Assembly: GCA_017694845.1 (NCBI GenBank)
Contig: JADIMI010000022.1
Span: 650-64,649, forward strand
Direction: 5' to 3'
Source: Candidatus Cryptobacteroides intestinavium
GTDB taxonomy: Bacteria; Bacteroidota; Bacteroidia; Bacteroidales; UBA932
Length of the DNA: 64,000 nucleotides
Shown: in pieces, positions 30,670 to 38,858 of the stretch
Layout: every line of letters begins with the position of its first letter
Numbering within the stretch: the first letter of the stretch is position 1
Notes under the pieces: model-generated
The model's input: the letters and a program-made list of their open reading frames with translations, nothing else
What the model was told of the DNA's origin: nothing
The model's database searches: none
Made by a program: the position numbers and the translations under genes

Positions 30670-30930
30670 TCAATGGTTGCATGTCCCAACCAAACTGCTT
30701 ACCGGTCCCATATGACCCGGTGCATATATTAATTGCCCACAGCCTGGACATTGTCCTATGCAGTCATTGTGAGATTCTTCACAAGACCCATATATGCCGC
30801 CTTCTCCATTAGAAAGAGCCTCGACATTGGCTTCGAAGATCGGATCACTCTGGCTGACGATAGTACGCAGTGCCACTGCTCCTCCGGCTGTCATAGCTGC
30901 TACGGCTGCCGCGACAATCATTTTTTTCAT
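30670..30930 (-). CDS. Intact NVEALA-type secreted peptide, module 5
   Basis: Leader nearly identical to 27233-27466 up to NVEAL, then an unrelated 5-Cys tail (SNGEGGIYGSC...TCNH). Confidence 0.85.
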   Translation of the reverse strand: MKKMIVAAAVAAMTAGGAVALRTIVSQSDPIFEANVEALSNGEGGIYGSCEESHNDCIGQCPGCGQLIYAPGHMGPVSSLVGTCNH

Positions 30931-30952
30931 AACTTCTTTGTTTTAATGTTTA

Positions 30953-31158
30953 TTAATTATTTTTGGTATCTGCAAGAACCTTCTGGAAGACATCCTGCAG
31001 CTTTTCACTCCCTAAAGGATTGCCCACAAAGACCGGATGCCCCTCTCCATGAAAGCAGACAGAATCTGCACCTTATCCCGTCCACCGCACAAACTCTGAA
31101 TTATCAGGATTATCAGGACAAGACTCACTGAAAGAATACCGTTGAATAATTTTCCCAT
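30953..31158 (-). pseudogene. Internally deleted copy of the CxxC lipoprotein gene 27489-28049
   Basis: The 3' ~85 nt are nearly identical to 27489-27575 and the 5' end resembles ~27980-28049; 206 nt versus 561 nt. Confidence 0.75.
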
Positions 31159-31220
31159 ACCGCTATGTCATTATGTGGTTATTAACACTTGCTGATGTCA
31201 TCAATCTTGTTGTGGTCCAG

Positions 31221-31284
31221 CAAAACTACGAAATATTTCACCATTCCATTAACACTCCTTAGGCAAAAATTAACACTTTTTAGG
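31221..31284 (-). promoter_or_regulatory. Direct-repeat promoter element, copy C
   Basis: Repeats at 31248 and 31269 (one mismatch each); TAGTTTTG 19 nt away. Confidence 0.7.
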
Positions 31285-31330
31285 ATTTTTGATTTTACGG
31301 GAATCCTGCAATTTTGGACTGTTCAGAGAT

Positions 31331-32374
31331 CTATAAACTGTAAGCGACAAAGACATATTCATCCTGCTCGCTGACAGTCAGGGCAATCAGCTGGTGCCGT
31401 TCTCGATTATATGCGATTGACTGGGTTCTGCGACCGAGGTCGAGTTTCCACAGCGGATTCCCCTCCCAGTCGAAACAATAGACAGAATTCATCCGCCAGT
31501 CATCATCGGAAACTGTCTTGGTATCATCACACAGGAAATAACAGCCATCATCAGCCGCGGCCATCGCCAGTGTTCCCCGATGGCACGTCTTTTCCCATAT
31601 TACTGAATAACGATGCTCGGAAAGGTCGGAGTCCGAAATATATTCAGGTTCTGTAAACCGATATTCGCGGACCAGTGATATGTCCGAAGGATCCGATATA
31701 TCGAAAAATCTGAAAACATTACCGAAACTGGATGCATAGGCAATATGTGCCTCGTCAGGACTCGCAGCAAGTTTCCCCTGATAGACAAGTCTTGTCTCGC
31801 GGTAATGGCCCTGCGATCCCGTTTCCGGATAATTCCCGAATCCAATCATCTCTGCTCCGCCACTGTCGAGAAGCAGGAACTGCAAAGGAGAATCCGACAG
31901 CACATTCATTGCCACATAATGGCTGCCGCCCGCAAATACCGTCAAGCCTGAATAGCCTAGCGGGAAAGGAATACTCCGGATTTCAGGATGAGGCTCGAAC
32001 AATTCCCCCGACGGAATCCGGAGAATTTTTCCGGAGTTGGAACTGTATACATTCAGCGTGTCTCCAGAAAACCATATCGCTGATGCATTGAGCAGTTCGT
32101 TTTCCGCCCGTCCTATATAAATCAGATCCCGATATGCTCCACTGTCAAGATTGTAAACCCTGAGCACCTGTTTCGTCATCTGATTGGTACAGACAAGAAT
32201 ACTGTCCCGACTGGCAAGAAGGACCGGTTTCCGGATATCGTCCGTGTCTATCGGCAATACAGAACTTTCCGGAATCTGCCCTTCAGGGAATAAGACACTC
32301 AATGATATATCAGACGACACATTACAACTGATCAGAACGTATGTCATTATTGTTAACAAAAAGGTATTCTTCAT
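31331..32374 (-). CDS. Beta-propeller lipoprotein, module 6
   Basis: Lipobox LISC; IGRAENEL; ASPD; CFDWEGNP. Confidence 0.8.
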   Translation of the reverse strand: MKNTFLLTIMTYVLISCNVSSDISLSVLFPEGQIPESSVLPIDTDDIRKPVLLASRDSILVCTNQMTKQVLRVYNLDSGAYRDLIYIGRAENELLNASAIWFSGDTLNVYSSNSGKILRIPSGELFEPHPEIRSIPFPLGYSGLTVFAGGSHYVAMNVLSDSPLQFLLLDSGGAEMIGFGNYPETGSQGHYRETRLVYQGKLAASPDEAHIAYASSFGNVFRFFDISDPSDISLVREYRFTEPEYISDSDLSEHRYSVIWEKTCHRGTLAMAAADDGCYFLCDDTKTVSDDDWRMNSVYCFDWEGNPLWKLDLGRRTQSIAYNRERHQLIALTVSEQDEYVFVAYSL

Positions 32375-32555
32375 ACTTTGTATCGTTGTCCCAGTTATTA
32401 CAAGATTTCCGAGAGTTGTGCATTCCTAATCCCACGGAGCCTTATATGTTATAATTTCACTTCCTTCTCCACACCTCGACATTGGCTTCGAAAATAGGAT
32501 CGCTCTGGTTGAAGATGATATGCATCGCTAACCCTGCACTTGCCTCCACACACAT
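32375..32555 (-). pseudogene. Degenerate NVEALA-type peptide gene, module 6
   Basis: ...IFNQSDPIFEANVEVWRRK*: the frame is lost after NVE, and a GEG... tail continues in another frame with a stop. Confidence 0.65.
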
Positions 32556-32642
32556 AAAGATCTCCCTTTTACATCATATATACGCCTGACATTTGCAACA
32601 ATATCATCTGAATCGAATTTGAATCTTCATTCATTTATGAAT

Positions 32643-33725
32643 TTACAAACAGCTTAGCCGGTACAATACAATTGTTCCTGAACTGTCTAATCCGCGTCCA
32701 TAAAAATATTTTCCATCCGAAGATCTGGTCAAAGTACCGAGATATACAGGGGAATGATAAACATTTAGCAGATTACCATTCCAATCAAACCGAAAGATAT
32801 ATGAATCAAAATTTTTTGTCTCATCCCCATTGACCATATAATCACCCACGTACGTTACAAAAAACGAATCACTTTCAGTACAGAAATTTCTGTAAGTAAA
32901 CGGTATTTTTGAATCAAATGCCACCAGGTTTCCATAAGGAACTTTATATTTGAACGGCATATTACCAGGAGCATTGATTTTTATTAAAGGACGCTGTTTA
33001 CAATCATATATTTCCAGCCCCTGATAAAAAGAAGGTGCCCATATTATACGATTCTTAGTCTTATTAACTATCAGAAAACCTTGATTCACATTAAACATAT
33101 AATATCTATTATTCCCAAAGAAATTTTCCGGATTATCCCCTTGACGAAGAAAACCGAAACGTGCAACCCCTTTATTTCCTATATCATTTATTTCATCATA
33201 ACAACTGTCCGGATTCCACAATATCAAACTGTCCGACGAGAAATGTGTAATAAACGGAGAGTATGCCCCTGATGGCATATCCACCGGCTCTTCAGGAAAA
33301 TAATCAGGGTCTGCAAGCACCGCATCAATGTCAATACTGGAATAAACATTTTTAGTTAAATCAACCACATCCAATGCTTTTCCCGACAAATATGTATTTA
33401 CACTCAACATTTCCAAAGGGCCGTTGCCTTTCAAAAAATATCCGGCTATTCTGTCGTCAAAATATCCCATTCTATAAAACTCGACATATGGCACTTCCGA
33501 CGTTGCGTCATTGACAACAACCAATATACTATCCCTGACAACATAAAATTCTGTCGCCCTGTAAAGACTGTCTGACAGTTCTATGATTTCAGCATCCAGC
33601 TCTAACGCATCTTCAAAGATACTGTCTGGCAAGGTATACTCCTTATCCCACTCAAGCTGCCCAGTACCAGAGCAACCAGCAACAATAAGAATCGAACTAA
33701 TTATAGATATACGTGACTTTTTCAT
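32643..33725 (-). CDS. Beta-propeller lipoprotein (AT-rich, no adjacent peptide)
   Basis: Lipobox VAGC; KGNGPLEM; RFDWNG; close paralog of the next gene. Confidence 0.8.
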   Translation of the reverse strand: MKKSRISIISSILIVAGCSGTGQLEWDKEYTLPDSIFEDALELDAEIIELSDSLYRATEFYVVRDSILVVVNDATSEVPYVEFYRMGYFDDRIAGYFLKGNGPLEMLSVNTYLSGKALDVVDLTKNVYSSIDIDAVLADPDYFPEEPVDMPSGAYSPFITHFSSDSLILWNPDSCYDEINDIGNKGVARFGFLRQGDNPENFFGNNRYYMFNVNQGFLIVNKTKNRIIWAPSFYQGLEIYDCKQRPLIKINAPGNMPFKYKVPYGNLVAFDSKIPFTYRNFCTESDSFFVTYVGDYMVNGDETKNFDSYIFRFDWNGNLLNVYHSPVYLGTLTRSSDGKYFYGRGLDSSGTIVLYRLSCL

Positions 33726-33727
33726 TG

Positions 33728-34807
33728 CTATAAAGTTTTTAATCTATATAAAACAGGAGTTCCTGTACTATCAATACCTCGTCCATAGAAACATTCTCCG
33801 ACAGATGATTTTGTCAAAGTTCCAAGATACACAGGAGAATGATAAACATTAAGCAGTTCGCCATCCCAATCAAACTGAAGGATATACGAATCAAAATCTT
33901 TTATCTCATTGCCCGTCATAATATAATCTCCTATATAGCACAGATAAAAGGAATCCTCCCCTACACAATATGAACGATAAGAATACGGTATTTGACCTTT
34001 AAACACCACATCCCTGCCAGACACCTTCACTTTAAAAGGCATATTATCAGGGCCGATAATTTTTTTTACGGCTTTTAAATGACAGTCATAAATCTCTATT
34101 TCAGGATAGAATGTAGACACGCATACTATTCTATCACGCTTTGCATCTACCAATATACCACCTTGAGACACATTATAAGTAAAATATTTATGCTCACCAA
34201 AGACATTCTTTACGTTATCGCCCTTTTTCAGAATTGTAATTCGAGGGACATTTTCATTTCCGATCCCACTATCCTTCGCATAAAAAGAATACGGATTCCA
34301 CAACAAAAGAGAATCTTCACCGAACGCAGTCACGAATGGCGTCATTGACCCCACAGGCATATCCATCACCTTTCCCGGGACATACTCAACCACATTCAAC
34401 GCAGAATCCAAATTAACGCACGCGTATTTGTTCTTAACAAAATCATATATGTTCAATTTGCTTCCCTGAATATTCGTATGCACATTCAACATCTCATCCG
34501 GACCATTACCTTTCCTAAAATACCCTGCAATATGTTCAGACAAATCATTAAGATTATAAATCTCGACAAAAGGAATCTTATCTGCCACAGATGCAACATT
34601 CGTCAAAATCAGTATAGAATCCCTAAATACCTCGAAATCTTTTGCCCTGTATAAATTCTCGGACAACGGCATCTGTTCTGCATATAGCTCTACTGCCGTA
34701 TCCTTAATATCATCAGACATAACCATTAGAGACGGCCACTCTGTTTCATTCCCGACAGAACAACCTACAAGCAACATAATAGTTAAATACGGTATTATAT
34801 TTTTCAT
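33728..34807 (-). CDS. Beta-propeller lipoprotein (AT-rich, no adjacent peptide)
   Basis: Likely start MKNIIPY at 34807, lipobox LVGC; KGNGPDEM; QFDWDG. Confidence 0.8.
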   Translation of the reverse strand: MKNIIPYLTIMLLVGCSVGNETEWPSLMVMSDDIKDTAVELYAEQMPLSENLYRAKDFEVFRDSILILTNVASVADKIPFVEIYNLNDLSEHIAGYFRKGNGPDEMLNVHTNIQGSKLNIYDFVKNKYACVNLDSALNVVEYVPGKVMDMPVGSMTPFVTAFGEDSLLLWNPYSFYAKDSGIGNENVPRITILKKGDNVKNVFGEHKYFTYNVSQGGILVDAKRDRIVCVSTFYPEIEIYDCHLKAVKKIIGPDNMPFKVKVSGRDVVFKGQIPYSYRSYCVGEDSFYLCYIGDYIMTGNEIKDFDSYILQFDWDGELLNVYHSPVYLGTLTKSSVGECFYGRGIDSTGTPVLYRLKTL

Positions 34808-34865
34808 AGCAACACTATTTTTAATGTTATTAATCTGTAAGTCTACAAAATAATGCTGTACAATA

Positions 34866-37604
34866 TCATCGCCATACCTGTCTGCCGTTTTCATACGAAA
34901 AGATACGGCGCTGCTCACCACGCGTATGGTCATAAAGCAGATACAGCGTTCCTGCCGGGACGTCCTCAAAAAGCAGGGAATCCGTAACTGCAACCTTTCT
35001 TCCGGCAGACTTCCATACCTTGTCGCAATAGTACAGTTCGTATTCATCCCCTGCCCGGATGCAGTTATCCCTGTTAGCCGGAGAATAATGGATCTCGGTT
35101 ATCTTCATCGGCCTGCCGAAATCCATCCCTGTCCAGCCTCCCGAAGGATATCTATAATTTACCGATGTCCATATCTTCCCGTCAAAAGCCTTCGTATAAT
35201 CGTGGTAGGTATCATTCCCCTGATTTCCCGGACTTCCCGGCGTACCGATAATCTTTCCTGTCAGCTTTCCGCCGTCGGCTCCTCCGAAAAAGGCTATTTC
35301 CGCGACGTGGCACCAGCTGCTGTCCGGACCATAATACCGCAAATATCTGTATTCCCTGCCGGAATTCACCCGGACTCTCTCGACCAGACGTTCCGAAGCC
35401 TTCTCTACAATGTACAGCGTGTCACACGGTCTGAAATCCGGGCTGTTGCTTCCTTCGAAGACTCCGCCTATCATTCTGCGTCGGAACCCCATCTCGTTCC
35501 TGAGCGGATATTTGGCCAACGCTACCATATCCGTAACACTGTCCGTCACGGACATAAAATGATACCGTCCTGTAGAATCGACATAAAAAGGATCACTCCA
35601 GAAACGGGTCCTGTCCCCTTCTATGGACACCAGCCTTACCATACTTCCACTACACACATCATCAAATGACACATTCCGGCCATCGGTACGGGCTTTGACT
35701 ACGGGAACCCATGCCAGACGACGGCTCAGGGCAAGATATACAGTATCGGGTAAATATCCGGGATAAACAGCCCTTTTCGGGACCGGCATATGCTCCATAT
35801 AATGCGGGGAGTACGCTTCCGTCACGTCCGTATCCCCGTCTGCGACAAATGAGGCACGGTAGACTTTGAGCTTTGCGGCGGAATAATTCGGAGAATCCTT
35901 GACTCTCATTATTTTCCCCGAATCCTCGCAATAGACATTTCCCTTCCTGTCCCACAGAGAAGTCCAGGAATGTCCTGTGTTATTGTCTCCTCTCAAAGGC
36001 ATATAATCCACAGAAGATGGTATACAGAATGTCCGGAACAGATAGGTATTGAAGTCGGTGAGCTCCCTGCAGGTTCCACAGCGGTATTTCACGGCCTGCG
36101 GCCCTACATTAGGGAGACCTGACGGAGCGTACGAAGAATAATACGGATCTTCCGGCGTCATATGCGAGAGCAGATATGAAGCAGCCCTTACATAATCCGT
36201 ACGGATCGAATCCGGAGCTTCCATAAAACTTTCCAGCAAAGGACCATATTGTCTGAAATAGTCCTCCCTCCAATACGACAGCGTCTCGTTACCGGTCCTG
36301 TACGGCAGGACATAATCCCTGAAATCCTCAAACGGGACTGACCTGCCCCACGGCATCTCCTCCCACATCCTGAACGCCCATTCGATATTGGAGCACAGGT
36401 ACGCGGAATCGACAGTCTCTATATCTTCTTTCCTTTCGACTGCCGCCGGGCTGAAATCAGGGAATTTCTTCCTGTGCATCTCAAGCGCGGCCGTAGGATG
36501 ACGTCCCATATCTGCCGCCTCCCGAAGATGTCTGTAATATTCCAGCTGGTCCGTCAATGCTTTCCCTTCATAATAATACCGTCCAGGCATATTCTCGATC
36601 AGAAAAACGGCGGAAAGCAACTTCAGGCTGTCTTCAGGATAGACAGAATATCTGTCAAGCACTTTAACTAACTCACATCTGTTTTCTCCGGCATACGACA
36701 ACGCACGGTCAAGCCGCTCCGACATCGGGAAGGTATGCTCATAGGCGACTGATTTGAAAAAACGGTCTTTTCTCCAGGAGCCGTCTGTATCTTCTGAAAA
36801 AAGAATCCGCGTTGCAATTCCGACAACATATTCCTCCGGGACAAAGCCTATATATCTGCTGTCGCGTGAGTCAAGCACATTGTCTCCGATGAAAAAATAA
36901 TAGTTCTCATTGAAAGTATATTCAGGGTAAGACCTGCCGTCAATGAATACTTCCCCTTGTTTCACTTCCGGCCAATAACCGGTTTCATACTGTATAACCT
37001 TTGCATACTGCCTGACACTGACAGAATCGAGACTGACTGTCATTCCCGATGCCGGAACAGCAAGAGGCCCGAAATTCCGGATTGTCCACCCGCCTCCGGC
37101 AAAATGGGCGGCATTCACGACAACACCTTCCGCCTTCAGCTCTTCATCGGATGCCTCAGCAAGCTCCAGCTGATGGCAGAGCGGTCCGACAGAGCCGACA
37201 ATCCTGCTGTTGAAGCAGGCACCGTCAACTATCCTGACAGTATCTCCCGGTGTGCCGATACAGCGCTTGGCATAGACATAATTAATTCTGAAACTGATCC
37301 TGTCATTGTAACGTCCGTCAGGACTGTTGAAGACGACGATATCTCCCGGCCGGATCTTCCTGAACCCCGGCATCCTGAAAGATTCCACATCCGGCCGTGA
37401 AAAATCATAATTTTTATAGATCCTCGCCCCGAACAGAAGTTTGTTGACAAGGATATGGTCTCCGGCTTCCAGTGTAGGATCCATAGAATGCCCGCCTATC
37501 CTGAACTGGTCGCAGACAAAGACTGGCACGATGACAGCCATTGCCATCAGCAATAGCACCGTGACCAAGACCGCCTTAACCGTATTGTAAAATATCTTTT
37601 TCAT
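34866..37604 (-). CDS. Signal peptidase I (S26) fused to a transglutaminase-like and discoidin-like protein
   Basis: N-terminal TM, GHSMDPTL (Ser), YAKRC (Lys), GDNVLDSRDSRYIG; then ALSYAGENR, FRDYVLPYR, GTC...HSW, and a C-terminal FEGSN..F, YRYLRY, AFDG region. Confidence 0.78.
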   Translation of the reverse strand: MKKIFYNTVKAVLVTVLLLMAMAVIVPVFVCDQFRIGGHSMDPTLEAGDHILVNKLLFGARIYKNYDFSRPDVESFRMPGFRKIRPGDIVVFNSPDGRYNDRISFRINYVYAKRCIGTPGDTVRIVDGACFNSRIVGSVGPLCHQLELAEASDEELKAEGVVVNAAHFAGGGWTIRNFGPLAVPASGMTVSLDSVSVRQYAKVIQYETGYWPEVKQGEVFIDGRSYPEYTFNENYYFFIGDNVLDSRDSRYIGFVPEEYVVGIATRILFSEDTDGSWRKDRFFKSVAYEHTFPMSERLDRALSYAGENRCELVKVLDRYSVYPEDSLKLLSAVFLIENMPGRYYYEGKALTDQLEYYRHLREAADMGRHPTAALEMHRKKFPDFSPAAVERKEDIETVDSAYLCSNIEWAFRMWEEMPWGRSVPFEDFRDYVLPYRTGNETLSYWREDYFRQYGPLLESFMEAPDSIRTDYVRAASYLLSHMTPEDPYYSSYAPSGLPNVGPQAVKYRCGTCRELTDFNTYLFRTFCIPSSVDYMPLRGDNNTGHSWTSLWDRKGNVYCEDSGKIMRVKDSPNYSAAKLKVYRASFVADGDTDVTEAYSPHYMEHMPVPKRAVYPGYLPDTVYLALSRRLAWVPVVKARTDGRNVSFDDVCSGSMVRLVSIEGDRTRFWSDPFYVDSTGRYHFMSVTDSVTDMVALAKYPLRNEMGFRRRMIGGVFEGSNSPDFRPCDTLYIVEKASERLVERVRVNSGREYRYLRYYGPDSSWCHVAEIAFFGGADGGKLTGKIIGTPGSPGNQGNDTYHDYTKAFDGKIWTSVNYRYPSGGWTGMDFGRPMKITEIHYSPANRDNCIRAGDEYELYYCDKVWKSAGRKVAVTDSLLFEDVPAGTLYLLYDHTRGEQRRIFSYENGRQVWR

Positions 37605-37610
37605 AGGGCT

Positions 37611-38855
37611 TCATTTGACTTTCAGCCTCCTGTCCCTGTATCTGTTCATATTGGACACAATCACTCTGTCGCCTTCATTGAGACCGCTGATAACCTCAAC
37701 CTCGGAATGGCTGCTCTCGCCAAGCCTTACCTGCTTCTTTTCTGCGACATTACCGGAAATCACCCACAGATCGTACGTCCCGGGACCGGAATAATAGGCT
37801 CTGTTATTTATCTTCAACACATCCTCCTTGACCGCATTGATGACATTGACATCTACACGTAAGCCGGGCCTGAAAGCCTCGTTCTCACTGTCATCTATCA
37901 ATACTGTAAACAGAATCCTGCCATCGGTCACAGATGGCACTATGTTGGCTACGGAACCTGTAAAGACACTGCTGCCCATCCGTATTTCTGCCCTGTTTCC
38001 TGCAGAGAATTTTCCTGCATAACTGTCTGCTATGTCTGCCTCTACCTTATAGTGACTGAGGTCAGACAATATTGCAAGCTGCTCTCCTTCAGACACACTT
38101 GTACCTATCTGGTCATTGACCCAGGAAAGGGTGGCATCACGCGGAGCCACAATCTGCGCTTCTCCTATTGTCTTTTGCCTTATAGAGAATCTGTCCTTCG
38201 CGATTTTATACTCCAGTTCATAGACTTTCAGGTCTGAAGCGGATGTGTTATGCATATTCTCAAGTTTAAGTTTTAACTGCTCGAGCTGCAAACTGGCTAC
38301 TTCGTATTCCAGTTCCATCTGTTTCACCTTATCCTTTGTACTGGCGCCTATACTGTCCAGATGGTGTTCGTTGACAAGCTGCACCTCGCTTCTGCGAAGT
38401 TTCTTCTCTTCTATCAGAATCTGCATTTCAAGTTCCTTTATCTGGCTTTCCGCTGAAGTCCGGTACTGGTCCATCTTGCATTTCTTTATCGCGATATCGT
38501 CAAGATCAGTCTGGAATTCAACGTGCGCTGACGAAAGGTCAAGTTGCAGGATGGTGTCTCCTTTATGAACCCGTTCACCTGATTTCCTGTAGACATCCAC
38601 GATCTTCGTCGAAATCGGAGAGGATATGATTTCTTCATAAAAAGGCACCACACTGCCGACAGCTCCGAGAGAAATTTCAAGAGGCCCCCGGACAACTGTA
38701 GAAACATCTATACTGTCACCGGACACTGACGGTCCGAGCACACTTGCCAGAACGCCTATGACCCCGGCAAGCAGTACCGCAGAACAGAATATCTGTATAT
38801 ATTTTTTCTTCCTGATTTTCTTTCTGACGTCTTCAGGGATTTTTCTGTCCATCAT
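37611..38855 (-). CDS. MacA/HlyD-like periplasmic adaptor
   Basis: N-terminal TM, GERVHKGDTIL, coiled coil, IVAPRDA, VISGLNEGDRVI. Confidence 0.85.
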   Translation of the reverse strand: MMDRKIPEDVRKKIRKKKYIQIFCSAVLLAGVIGVLASVLGPSVSGDSIDVSTVVRGPLEISLGAVGSVVPFYEEIISSPISTKIVDVYRKSGERVHKGDTILQLDLSSAHVEFQTDLDDIAIKKCKMDQYRTSAESQIKELEMQILIEEKKLRRSEVQLVNEHHLDSIGASTKDKVKQMELEYEVASLQLEQLKLKLENMHNTSASDLKVYELEYKIAKDRFSIRQKTIGEAQIVAPRDATLSWVNDQIGTSVSEGEQLAILSDLSHYKVEADIADSYAGKFSAGNRAEIRMGSSVFTGSVANIVPSVTDGRILFTVLIDDSENEAFRPGLRVDVNVINAVKEDVLKINNRAYYSGPGTYDLWVISGNVAEKKQVRLGESSHSEVEVISGLNEGDRVIVSNMNRYRDRRLKVK

Positions 38856-38858
38856 AGT

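Noticed and set aside
24718-32492. 19-bp repeats read as a CRISPR array
   Set aside because: Spacing is 1.2-2.2 kb with whole genes between copies, and no cas genes are present.
33728-35047. N-terminal extensions in the ORF track (also 26128-27342, 24759-25850, 105-3422)
   Set aside because: The extensions mostly overlap neighbouring genes or cassettes; downstream ATGs give proper signal peptides.
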